From: Ophelia neglecta
Taxonomy: Eukaryota
DNA: 64,000 nucleotides
Reading direction: 5' to 3'
Assembly (NCBI GenBank): GCA_965285935.1
Contig: OZ260662.1
Span: forward strand, 28,210,001 to 28,274,000
Shown here: positions 12,494 through 24,800 of the stretch, piece after piece
Position numbering within the stretch: the first letter of the stretch is position 1
Layout of the letters: the number at the start of each line of letters is the position of its first letter
Translations under genes and position numbers: made by a program
Notes under the pieces: model-generated
The model's database searches: none
The model's input: only the letters and a program-made list of their open reading frames with translations
What the model was told of the DNA's origin: nothing

Positions 12494-13756
12494 ATGGGGG
12501 CTGACCATTCTGTGGCTCGGGTGCCACGGCCACAAATCAACGTGTTTGCTAATGCTGAAGAACAGGCAAGAGCAGCAAAGCTCTTTATTCAAGACCCATG
12601 GGCTGAAGTCCACCATTGTGATCTGTCAGATTGGTCTCGTGGACAGTCTGTCATATTCGGGTTTGACCATAAAATAGACTATTGCGTACCACATCTACGC
12701 AATAATAATGATGTTTTCTTGCAAAACATACAGCCCTACTGTACAAGAGGTTACCAGTTCAAAATTGAAAAGTTGGAGAAAAAGGATAGGATGATACAGT
12801 CTCGGAATAGTGGTTATAAAATACCAGAGATAGTTACAAAACGTAGTCGCTACATGTACCCTATATATGCACCAAGTGTTAGTATTATAGGGTATCAGCG
12901 CAACATTGCTATTTTACAGGTGGTTTATAAAAAAACTAAGGAGCTACACTTTATAGCTATAGAATTAAGCAGTGGAAAACATTTATCAGTATACAGAGAT
13001 ATCTACATAAGTGAACCATGCATCTATGAAGCCTATTTAAGTCCAGATGAAACTTGTTACCTGTTGCGACCTAACTTTTTCTTTGCATATGCACGATGCA
13101 GTGACCCATTTGCTGCCTTTGCTATAACCAAAGATATCAAGGTAGTTTCCATTAAACTTTATGAAAGCAAGGTAATTAAGATAGTGGAGGACATATCAGA
13201 CTTGTGGCATAGCATCGCCTTTGATCCTAGATTAGGGCATTCCGTGATTGCTCTTGGAAACTATGCGCCTGACTGTATGGAGAACATGGACCATCAGGTG
13301 GCTCTGTACAGTCTAGATGAAATGCGTGTGATAGCTCAATCGGAGGAATACCATTCCACTCTCTCTCATCACATGGTATACAACCCCCAGGGTACCCTGC
13401 TGGTCTCGCTGGGTATACGACTGCGCTGGCCTCGTGTCGACATGATGTATCCTGCCAAGGTGCTTTTCTTCAACCCAAATGATCTCTCTATCCTACAAGT
13501 GATTTCACGTGACACAATCAGTGTCAATCATTTTCATGCTAGTCTCACTCCGCTCTTCTCTAAGACAGGCCAGTATTTAGCCCTGATAGGCTCTCATGGC
13601 CATAGTATTAGTGTCTATAAAATGCCACAGGATCTCAGCTTAAAGCATATGTGCCGTCTCAGAATTCTCGAGCTGGTTCCTGACGAGAAGATTGCAGAAC
13701 TACCATTGCCAAGAAAACTGGCAAACTTCTTGCTGTTTCAACCCCAATGGTGCTAG
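12494..13756 (+). CDS. SOCS-box protein (420 aa) with probable degenerate beta-propeller/WD40-like repeats (WSB-like architecture); putative Elongin B/C-Cullin5 E3 substrate receptor
   Basis: Uninterrupted ORF. The C-terminus SLKHMCRLRILELV...IAELPLPRKLANFLLF is a SOCS box (BC box plus LPLP Cul5 box). Blade-like segments SIAFDPR, MVYNPQGTLLVSLG and LFSKTGQYLALIG. The N-terminus MGADHS fits the MGxxxS myristoylation consensus. Splice acceptor at 12371 upstream. Confidence 0.85.
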   Translation: MGADHSVARVPRPQINVFANAEEQARAAKLFIQDPWAEVHHCDLSDWSRGQSVIFGFDHKIDYCVPHLRNNNDVFLQNIQPYCTRGYQFKIEKLEKKDRMIQSRNSGYKIPEIVTKRSRYMYPIYAPSVSIIGYQRNIAILQVVYKKTKELHFIAIELSSGKHLSVYRDIYISEPCIYEAYLSPDETCYLLRPNFFFAYARCSDPFAAFAITKDIKVVSIKLYESKVIKIVEDISDLWHSIAFDPRLGHSVIALGNYAPDCMENMDHQVALYSLDEMRVIAQSEEYHSTLSHHMVYNPQGTLLVSLGIRLRWPRVDMMYPAKVLFFNPNDLSILQVISRDTISVNHFHASLTPLFSKTGQYLALIGSHGHSISVYKMPQDLSLKHMCRLRILELVPDEKIAELPLPRKLANFLLFQPQWC

Positions 13757-16700
13757 TAAAGAATTTAATGCCATTTGATAAAATATGATAATATGTGACC
13801 ACATAAGTCATCAGTGTGCTTGTGCATTTATAAGAAGTGTTATAAATGGGTTATCAGATGTATAACAGAAACCAGACAATTTGACATGAATTGTTTAACT
13901 ATCTTGCTACAGCCATTGCCCATCCCTGTGTGCTTATTTTATAGAATCCAGGATCAATGCATAAAGGTTTCAGAAATTAATTTGCATATATCTCAAGACT
14001 CTGTGTACTATATGTCCTAATCATGTTCCAATGCTCAACTGATCTGCATTTAAAAAAATAAGACCTACCCTAGCATACTGGCATATTGTGCTGATTTTTT
14101 AAAAAAAACCTTTGTATACATTTATTTATATTGTTTACATTACACAACTAGTTGTAGATGACAGGCTCTCTTTTGTTGGGTTTTCAAAAGTATTCTAAAA
14201 ATAATGGTTTAATGTAGCATGTTTGTCTATTTTTTTAGATGGATTCAAAAGTGTAAAAAATATGTTCACTACCAGAAGGTTATATGGATGTCATTTACTC
14301 ATTGGCCTATTCATTCTAATTATGAAGTAATTATAAACCTGTATGTATTAAAACCAAGCTAATGTTCTTTAAAGTCATAATAAGGTTGTAACTGTCTTGA
14401 CTAAGACCTTATAATATAATATATAGGCCTACTGCCAATTTTGATATGAAAGCATTTTAGAAATACCAAATTTGTCTTGATTGTCTCTGCCAAATGCTAT
14501 AGATGTGCATACAAACCTCATAACAGAAGTGTATTTCAAAATCTATTCTCAGGAATTTTCGTAACTACAAATTATTTAAGTAGATTCTACACTTAACTTA
14601 TTCAAATGGTTGTTTTCTGTGATGATCACAACTACATGTATATTTAATATTGACAACTAATGATATATATGTGTGTGTGCGCCTCACTCTACATATAGGT
14701 CTAAATACAAAACTGAAATGGCTAGAAATAACTGTAGAAAAACACCTTTTAATGGCATAAAATAAAGGCCAGCTCTTAGTAAAAACAGATTTTTATTCAC
14801 ACCCAAGGCCTCTGAGCAAAGATGAACAAAACTTATTGTTTAATTTGAATAGTTTTTATTTATCTATTTGAGCGAGCATCTGGAAATATATAAGAGCCAC
14901 TTATTCCTGCCATTTATGTTGGTTTTGTAATATCCCCTCTCTACTTCCTTAGAGGACGAGAAGTGTGCCAGTTACCCAATTGGACAACCATTTGTTGTGC
15001 TTTACTTTTTAAGAAAAGCCTTATCATATAGATTATCTGAAAACTGTATTCAGGGAAAAAATCTTGATAAAAATGCATTAAGATTCCGGATTGAGATACA
15101 ATGTTGCTGGTACACTTTTTGAAAATCATTTCCTGCATTGGGCATTTCATTGTAAGACCTGAGGATTTAAGCAGTATGACAATCATTTCAAAGATTAGTT
15201 TATGATCTCTCAGAGTGTAAATCTCATTTTTGTCAAATACTGGGTTGACTCTTCACTGCCTAGGGCTAGAATTGAAGTGAATTTTTTCCTTTACTTTTTG
15301 GCAAATTAATTTGAACTCCTACTTATTGACAAAAAAGTTAAAAAAAATGATCATCAGTTAAAGACCTGTGTCTAGGTAGCTCTGAAGTGAGTTCTCTGAG
15401 AGATGAAGTGAGTTCTCTGATTGATAGTAACAGAGACAACAGTGCAAACACAGTCTCTTTGTACATCTCCCCCTTCTCATGTGGTACTTATCTGTGGGGT
15501 AGTGCACACTCCTCGTATGTTGTACGTTGGTTGCACCAGACTGTAACCCAGGTTACTATCACACCTAAAATAGATTGGCAGGTAACCTGGGTTATGGCAT
15601 GGTGCTTCTTTTGTTGAGTTTTGCAACTAAAACACTTTCAAAACCTGAAAGCTAGTAATTTTTTGTAGAATCATTCATTTAACAGTTAATCTGGTTTCAC
15701 ATTCACAGAGAAAATATGACTGTATTTAACAGTTCATATTTTGTTATCACATTTGTCCAAATCTCAGAACTAGCTAATATATGATTGAAGCTAGGTTGTA
15801 CAGAGTCAGTATTGAACATGAGTGTAGTTATTATAACTGAATTCTGGAATGAGCGCATGTCATCATTCCTTTGGGGTGAAAAAGGTGAGATGAAAGACCC
15901 ATCGTCTTTATCATCATTGTGCTATATGAACATGAAAAACAGGATGGTGAATTAGGATATTTCAAATACATGTGTCTAATTGTTGACTATTGACTTATTA
16001 TAATAGGTTGTAAGAATTTAAGCAGGCCAGTGAGAGAAGAGTGACTTGATAGTATTAAATACATTGCTGAATGACTATTTCATGAAGTTTCATCATTCAT
16101 ATTCTATATTACATGTGTGCATTTCATTCACTTTTAATAGTAAATATTCTAATATCCTGCAGATCCCAGGGTGAAGTCAGTATACTGTATATTCTTACTG
16201 TAACTATTCTATGTAGTATTTTCCATCTGAATAATCTTTCCTAATTCATGGAACCATTGAAGTTCCATAGATATCTTTCATTCCAACAAAAGTTTGTTAC
16301 GGTCAAATTTAAAATACTAACCAATGGATGGTTCTTTTGTCATTTAGCTTTGCATGTTAATTAATGTTTCTAAAATTTATTTTCAGATGTCCATTAACAA
16401 TTCAGAGTTTCTTGAAATAAATTTGCACAAACTGAAGTATTGAATACTGTTGACATGGGTATATGTGTCTGTGAATCTCTAAGAGGTTGCAGATATTTGT
16501 TCACTGTAAACCAGAACTTTCTCTTTTAAGAGACTGAATACATTTGCTGCATAAATTGTTTTGTTTTTAAATGAAGCCATAAGATGCAATCATTTTAATT
16601 CTTTCGACCACATGGCCTTTATCAAGATAGTGTACACAGCATAATCATGAATCCGTCAAGATGGTTGCATGGTGAAGATGTTCATGTATTTTGACCTTAA

Positions 16701-19257
16701 GGAGGCATTTGATCGAAATGTTAAGAAAGTGAATCTTATAGATTTATTTTAATCACTTTCCTCCAAATTTCTCTCTGTTTACAGTTGTTCTTATCATTGT
16801 AAATTGGCTTGGGATAGACATTTAAGGAAGCATTTTGTTGGTTTTTGGATTCAAGTCCTTTCAAGGAAGGTCATAAATTAGGATGAATATTTCTATGTCA
16901 ACAGTATGTTAATATCACATTTTAAAGATGGGAAAATGTTCTGTATTAATTCATTGGTGTTAACCATTTGTTTTCTTCTATCATGGATGACATATGATCT
17001 ATATATGGTATGATAATGACATGCCCAAGTTGATTGTACTTTAGAGCTGAACTGGAAATGTACACTTTGAATTAGAAATAAATGAATTTTCTCTTGTATT
17101 GCATACGACCTAAGCCTGTCTGTTTAAGCTAAGCAAAGATATATCTATCATTATTGAAAAAAGCGCAGTTCATATACATAGGCGATAGTAGATGGTAGAG
17201 AGGTGTAAACTTAGGCTTTCGTGTAGGTATATAGTTTATATGACAGATGTCACAGAGCTACTTCCGTCATGAACATAGATCTAACTAATTATATTTACAC
17301 TCCAAACGCCTATATTAATACTTGTTTTTAGGGATGCGGCTGCTGGTTGTTGGTGGCTTGGATCGACTCTTAAAAACAATATGATTTTTTAAGCTCAATG
17401 ACAAGCGTTAAAGCAGCATTTTTTGGCCAAATCCAAAATTCTCATGTATCAAGCCCTCCTCCGTTCAGCCATATACCGGTAGTCACAAATTACACGCACT
17501 GACACACACACACCACAGGACTGTGTGCCTAGCAGAAAAACAAAATCATTAATGACGAATAGTCCATTAGATGCGTCCAAAATCACAAGGAACCACCAGG
17601 TGAAGGCCCACAATCCCTAGCACCCAACAAATAAATTAATAGCTTCTAATGAAATCAGTGATACATTTTAAAATTGATGTCACTTGTAATGAGAAGCAGT
17701 CAACAGTTTACCATGATCCGAGTCAGAACACAAAACAAACGAGTCAGTGGTCAACGTAGAACAGATATAAAATATCCCCTTTAAGAGTCCATTGTGGATA
17801 ATAGTGAGACTAAAGGTGAATGTCTCATAAGACTTGAGATGAATGTGTCTCAATAAATTCAACGGAGAAGTATTTAATAGATTTCTATATACTTAGAAGA
17901 AAAAGGCATTCAAACTCCTCGTTAGGGCAATAAAGTTTACCTAGATGTAAAGTGAACCAGTTACAATTTTATTCTGCCCGGATCATGTGCATCTGCAATA
18001 TATCACATTACAGTGACATATTTTATATAGACCTATATTCTGAGTAAATTGTAATCGCATTATAAATATCAGACTCTTAATTATTTTCAATTTGTATCTT
18101 AAATATGGCAGTTCTGTAATTCCAAGAGGGTAAAATGGGTATACTGGGGAAGGTAAGTTATGCAGAGGACCGAGGAACCTACCCCTAAACGGGTCATTTG
18201 GGTGTATAAATGTATAAGTGAAGTGTACTGGATCTAAGAGTGGAGTCAGATGCTGAAAAAGTTAGATGCGTACCTTTACATAGCATTTCAGACCATCTCT
18301 AAATACATAATAATTATGAAACTCGTACATAAAATTTGCTGTACCATATATTTATTTCACGAATAATTGACTTCTATATCTCTATAGCAACTTTACGGCA
18401 TATCAAGTTCCATTGAACAAAGTAAAAATTGCACTGAAAATACGTTTTTCACTAAAACTGAAATTTGGCCTGGTAGCCGTCATTCAGGAACGCCTAATAG
18501 CACTGTTGTACTAATGTTTGGGGTGTTAGGGATAATAGACGGTTTTCGCGTCCACTCAGAGGGAGAAATAAGCGGCCAATAACGCTTGCTCTGCATACTA
18601 TATCCCATGATGAATATTGTTAATTGCATAAGACCCGAGTTTAGAAAATTGTCAGAATGTGTTGATCTGATTCCTGAAATCCTTTGATACTGACAACTTG
18701 TTACACTTGGATTAATTCATTCATTTTGTGTCAAAATGGCATAATGGCAAACACATCAATTGTATGAATGTATCATAAATAACATATTGTCGAAATATTC
18801 AGAGAATGAGAATAATGAAACAATCAAATGAATTTTGATACATTGATTCAAACTTTTAGGTCATCCGTAGACAAGATGATCATGGCTCGAATGCCAGAAG
18901 TGAAGTCAGCCTAAGTGAGGTGATCAGTCCTCACTCCAAGCAGGTTTCTTTTTTTTTAATTGCTCAATAACAAAAGATTCACTTTCACTGCTAACATTTT
19001 TAAATTGCGGTATTGGACTTATAGGAGCTATTCTGTTGCTCTCACACCGGCGCTACTCCAGTGGTAGTTGAGATATTGAAGCTCATTTAGAGGCATCAGC
19101 GGTGATTTAGCAGCTGAATTAGCGTCCTAAGTTATTTACCCAGGTTTTATGATAATGATTGAGCCATTTTGTGTCTCCAGTTCAAACTAACAATCTTTCA
19201 AATAAAAAAAAAACTCTAAAGAGGCATGTGCATACCGAATTTATGAACAATACGCGT

Positions 19258-20085
19258 TTCCCATTTACCGGCGAAGGTAAATCATTGCCATAACACACGC
19301 TCATCTCTTACGTTGAAAATTCCTTTAATGAAGTGTCGAACTGAGTATTTTAAATCATCTTTTTTCACAATATCTGAATGGAACTCCCTGCCTGTTGAAA
19401 CACAATTATTATCAACTTCCCTCGCTTTCAAACGTAAAATAAACCCCACACCTTGTCCACCTCCCGTGTTTTACCATCTGGGTTCACGCCCAATCAATGT
19501 TTGCGTAGCACAAATTCGACTCAATTGCAGCGAGTTACGCTACCATTTGTACTGTAATCACTGTGTTGAAAGCCCACTGTGCGAGTGTGGTGAGGAAAGC
19601 GAGACACCCTTTCATTATTTCTTTTGTTGCTTGCGTTTTGCGGCTCCCAGGGGCGCCCTGCTGGACTTTCTGCACTCAAATGGTATACCAGTGTCAGTTG
19701 CATCAATTCTCTATGGTACAAAAAATTCAACTATTAATATTAGATTAATGTCTACCCTTGAAACATTTATACAATCTACTAGACGGTTTTAATATAATTT
19801 GAACCTGTATTTACTTTGAACATATAAAGGTAATTTATCAATATTTTCTATGCAACAGACACGTACTACATTAATGAATGATCTGTGATTTTTTTTCTCT
19901 CTCTTTTACCTATAGTCTACTTGGTTTCAGCTTTGCTTCATTTTTCTTTGTTGTTGTAAATACGTTAAACTTTACTATGTTACCTTATTATATATGTCAT
20001 TTAATTTAATCTGTATTGTTATTAAGGAGAGACCGCTCGATTAGTCTAGCGCTACTCGGTCAATCCAAATAAATATGTTTAAACC
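19258..20085 (+). mobile_element. 5'-truncated non-LTR retrotransposon (CR1/L2-group LINE): 3' end of ORF2 plus 3' UTR
   Basis: ORF 19313-19792 has RTEYFKSSFF.TISEWNSLP and the Cys/His motif CECGEESETPFHYFFCC, typical of a LINE ORF2 C-terminus. The tail AATAAATATGTTTAAAC starts at 20068. A perfect 12-bp TSD AACAATACGCGT lies at 19246-19257 and 20086-20097. Confidence 0.85.
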
Positions 20086-20520
20086 AACAATACGCGTATA
20101 TATACCCAGATACAAGCCACTTACGGATAGGATAGTTGGTAGGCGATAATACACGGTTTTCGAGGCTACTAAATGGAAACAAAAACGGTCCGCAATCAAG
20201 TTATTTCTTATCCCGATGCGTAGCCGAAAAACCGTGCATTACCCTGCTTACAAAAACCTATACCCCAACTACTGGCGCTCTAAGACGACCGAGGTCATCC
20301 GAGATATAGGGGGTGAGAAATTTGAACCAATCACAGACAACGATCGAATCTATGTTAAGATATTCGTCTTTTTTTGTGGCTTTGAGACGAAAATGTGATC
20401 ATCACTTTTATGCGTGTAAATTCGGCACTTGTATATCTTGATTCTATCATTTAGTACTATTTGGTTTTCTTCAATACCATCTCCGGTTTAAAAAAGAAAA
20501 GCTGATCAAGAATGGGACCA

Positions 20521-20526
20521 TTTATT
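20521..20526 (-). terminator. Candidate polyadenylation signal of gene A
   Basis: AATAAA on the minus strand about 1.35 kb after the stop, followed by U/GU-rich sequence. Confidence 0.4.
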
Positions 20527-21122
20527 GCAATATTCAGTACAAAATAATGACAAGAGTTATTTCTTCTCTTTTTTTACAAATTGTACTAAATTAACGGCAC
20601 ACATCCTTCAATATATGGAAAACAAATATTTCATTGTAGCAATCACAATTTAAAAATCCTGTTTTAAGCTCATTAAATCAATTAAGTTAATTACTGATTT
20701 TAATTACTGGCAATACATTGGGAATAACTGTGCATTCTTCAGTATAAACATTAAATTATTGACTAAGGGGGAGAACAATGTTGAAAGTGTGTATCTAACA
20801 ACACATCAGGCTTGTATATACGAGCTGTCACAGCACATCACTATATATTACTCCTATATTCAAGCGTAAGTTATACGTGTGGCTTTCCATCAACGTTCAG
20901 AACATCTACAGCAAAAAGCTTCATGGCTTGTCAATTCAATAAACAAACATACTAGTATAAGATTATTTATAGGCCTATACGGGTCTTCAGTCATGTCTAG
21001 GGAGCATAAGTTGACGTTCCTAGTGGCAGAATGTTATCAAGCAGTAAGTTGTGTTAAGGAAACAATAATTATAAATACTGTATTCCATTAAAAATAAGGT
21101 TAATGTTTATGTGAAGCTGAAA

Positions 21123-21288
21123 CACTGGCGATTCCAGGAGAGTGTGGACGGGCATGACCTCCCATGTTCAGAGACTGGGTAGAATTTTAATCTGACAACC
21201 AGAGCTGCCAATCTGAGTATAGAAATTGGGGCTCCTAACCCTCCCCCTCCCTGGGGAGCTCCTGACCCCCATGCCAGAACCGCCAGTG
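21123..21288. mobile_element. Short MITE-like element in the probable 3' UTR of gene A
   Basis: Inverted termini CACTGGCGATTCC / CACTGGCGGTTCT; no clean TSD. Confidence 0.5.
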
Positions 21289-21880
21289 CAAAAGTAATTC
21301 AAAACACATAGATATAAATCACAACAAAATACTGAGGTGTGTATGTTATACTAAAGTCAGAGCTACTACAACGACAGACAAGCACAGAAAGCGTTATACA
21401 AAGCAAGCCTATACTAAATGCAATATTTCAAAAAGACAGTTTGGCCAAGCAATAGGTATGCTAGGCAATGGCATGTCGAGAGGTTGAATATCTGAAATAT
21501 AGGAAAGTGCCAACAGAATTGCTCACAGGAATATCTTACTTTTGTGAAATAAAGGTGATGTTAAATGTATATTAACACATCAAGCATTGTGCAGCTTTAA
21601 AAGTGAAAGTGGACGAAAGTATAGGTCTATCAATAGAACTAGATGGAAAAATTGTGAATGTTGGAATGGACAATACAGGTGTATTGGGGAAGTTAAAATA
21701 AAAAATCTAAACCATATTCAACTATATATGTCTACATTTCAGATCTTAATCAGGACTCTATATATCCGAATTACTGCACGGATAATTTTTCAAATATCAT
21801 GTGAATAACTCTATTGGACTGTTTCTCATATTTGTTTGTGAGATGGCGATCGCCACTCCTCGGTGTGTCTAGATCAGGTC

Positions 21881-24800
21881 CTATGCCGCCGAGTCCAGGC
21901 CGTGGAGGGCATGACGCCCGATGGTCCCTTTGGATATCACCACCGCACCACGCTTTCTGGGCAACGTGTTAGTTTCGGTGCTTGTCATTGATCCAAACAT
22001 ACCCTGTATGGAATGAAAATATCCCTTGAAAAAAAAAGTCAATTCATCAGTTGGTGTATGAATATGAATTAATAGACAAGTATTTTTAAAAATTAACATT
22101 AATAATTTAACGTTAAGCTCCTGGCAATTCACACGGGAAAATCAAGGATAACCTTGGCCTATATGAATTACTACGTTTTTGTTTCCCTATTAAGAAATTT
22201 AAATTCCACTTTTTATTGCGGAAATACATATGCGTATGCTCCCACACACAAGAAAAGGTTCAAAGTACTCCTATGTGACCCCCCCCCCCCCCCCTGCACA
22301 TATATACACAAGAATACACTGTTGATGTCCCGTGTACCGGCCTATGTCATTGACTATAGATACGAATAGAAGTAGATCTAGCATTCTATCATAATTGCTC
22401 TGAAAAGATTTATATTAAAAAATCACACATAATATCAATTGAAAGAGAACAAAGTAATGAATTCATGATCTTACAAGGAATGAGTTGGGTGGCCTTTCTA
22501 TGGATGGAAGCACATAGACGCTGTCGTATGGGAATTCTCCCACCAGACGAGACTGTTCACAGCGCCCCACCAGCCAATCCTCTCTCACAGGTAGGTTGTT
22601 CTCATCATCGATCAACTCTATCACATCACCCTGCTTGAACTTAAATTCTTTATCACCGGCCACGTGATCTGCAGATTAAAAAAAACGTTTTGATAGAACA
22701 CCCAAAACATTTGAACTAAGCCAACGTTCTTGTAATTACAATGAGTGTTTTTTTTTATATATGTTAACCATCTCCCAATTTAACTGAATTTACTAACTAC
22801 TGAATTTAGCGACAACATTCGGACGTATTCATAATAGTTAGTAAAGATGTAGTTACTCCGAAGCAAGCGTCTCATATACAACGATTTAGAAAACTTAAGA
22901 CAGAAAAATAGCATGTAATAAATAAACTGATTAACTACAGAGCTACTTGTCTTGATTACTACAACAAGATTATTATTTCTCTTCTCAGACCTACCTTGTA
23001 AGATAAACTCTTCGAGCCCGACTGCCCACTTGGAGCGTTTCCTGAGCCCCTCCAGGAAGGTCATCACTAACTTGGCTATCGTCTCCGAGTTGGGACTGAT
23101 GAAGGTGTACTCGTCTCCCTTAATGGTGATGATGCTGAAACTCTGACCTCGCATCTTTCCGGCCCTAATGTAGACAGAATACATTTTGTTGGCTCGTACG
23201 GAAAGCAAATAAATAACGTCCAACTTAATATGGATTTTAAAAATATACGGTAAACTGACGTTGAGCTCGGCTTTCATTTTCGAGTAATACACCGTTTTAA
23301 GATACACCACAACAAATAAGTCAGATTATAGCCTATATAATGTGTATCTGACAGTGGTATACAAACATTGGATATGATATTCAAAGGCGTGTATAAATGT
23401 TCACTGAGTTGGCATGCTCGAGTGTGGACTTAAATGATCGATATTTTAAGTTTTAATTTTTAAGTGTGTTTACTTTGCAAGCGTTGCAGTACGATTTTTG
23501 GAAATAGTACATGACAAACTCAAGATATGTTTGGACACAACTGGTAAAGAAGACAAACCTGCTGCTGAACACCTCGACTACCTCATAGAAGTGGAGGGCC
23601 AGGACCACTTTGTAGGGCTCGTCTAGGACGAAGAAGCCCGAGCTGGACACCGCTATCACCACCTCATTCCGGGGCAGACGTGGACCGGCTATCCTAGATA
23701 ATGAGACACAACACAACGTTGACGCACACCTTCATTAGTGACCAATTGTAGCCAGTATAATATAATATGTAAATATTGCATTTTAAAAGTTCGCCGGTCT
23801 ATCTCTTACGGCGCACTTTTAAAAAGGCAAACCACTATATCATCATGAATATTCACATCATGTACGCTTGTGAAGTCTGTGTTTCATTTTTTAAGGCTAT
23901 ACGAGGAATGCTGTAATAATTTATTTCAAGCATCAACACTAGTGTTCTCTACACATATTTTTATATATACTTGTACCGATAGCAATTTATTATGCAGCCT
24001 TCGCATGAATACAGGTCTGATTAACATTCATTTATGAACTACCTGAACGCCTCGAAGAGACCAGCAAATTGCAGTGGCCATTTCTTTGACGCCGACATGA
24101 CCATGGCCCATTTCACTTTGTCAGCAGACGTTTTCTTCTGAGCGTAGCCGAACTCGTCGTAACAGGCCATGATAGCCTGAGTCCAGCCATCTCGAGACCT
24201 GTTGCCGGTGAGGGCCGACTTGGGCAGGTAGTCGTGGAGGTTGGATTGCAGCTTACCCGGCACGAGGACACTACCCTCTTCAATGTACCACCGCTTGGCA
24301 GCTATCTTGGCCAGTTCATCCTCCTTGAAAACAAAGGCAGACACCATTTCTCGCAAGTTTCCAATTATTATGTTTAAAACAACTTGTGATTATAAGGAAA
24401 ATCCTTAAAAGCTAAAAGAGGCTTTAAAGTCTCCAGTAATACTTGGCAAATTTCAGATTGAAAGATTGGTGAGTTTGATCTTAAAATGATTGCCGTAAGA
24501 CAAGACTGCCACTACATTTCACACAAGTAATGTTCTCGAGACCAAAGTTTGAAAGGGCTTTATATGTATATAGGAAACTTTCCCATTTTCTGACATTTAT
24601 CACATGAAATAATTATACTTGATGGTCACGATTTAAGACAAAGTGTCTAACTTTGATTGTTTGACAACAATTCCAAGTGTGATAAAGTACGGGTGATTGT
24701 GGTGACTGAATGTAGTCCAGTGAGAATCATTAACAAAGCCATGGTACATATTTCATTGAATGGTAACCGAGACCGCCAGCATAATGATTTGTGAAAAGGA

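Noticed and set aside
18860-18943. 84-nt open exon-like segment on the plus strand (VIRRQDDH...PHSKQ)
   Set aside because: Weak donor, no partner exons and no recognisable protein.
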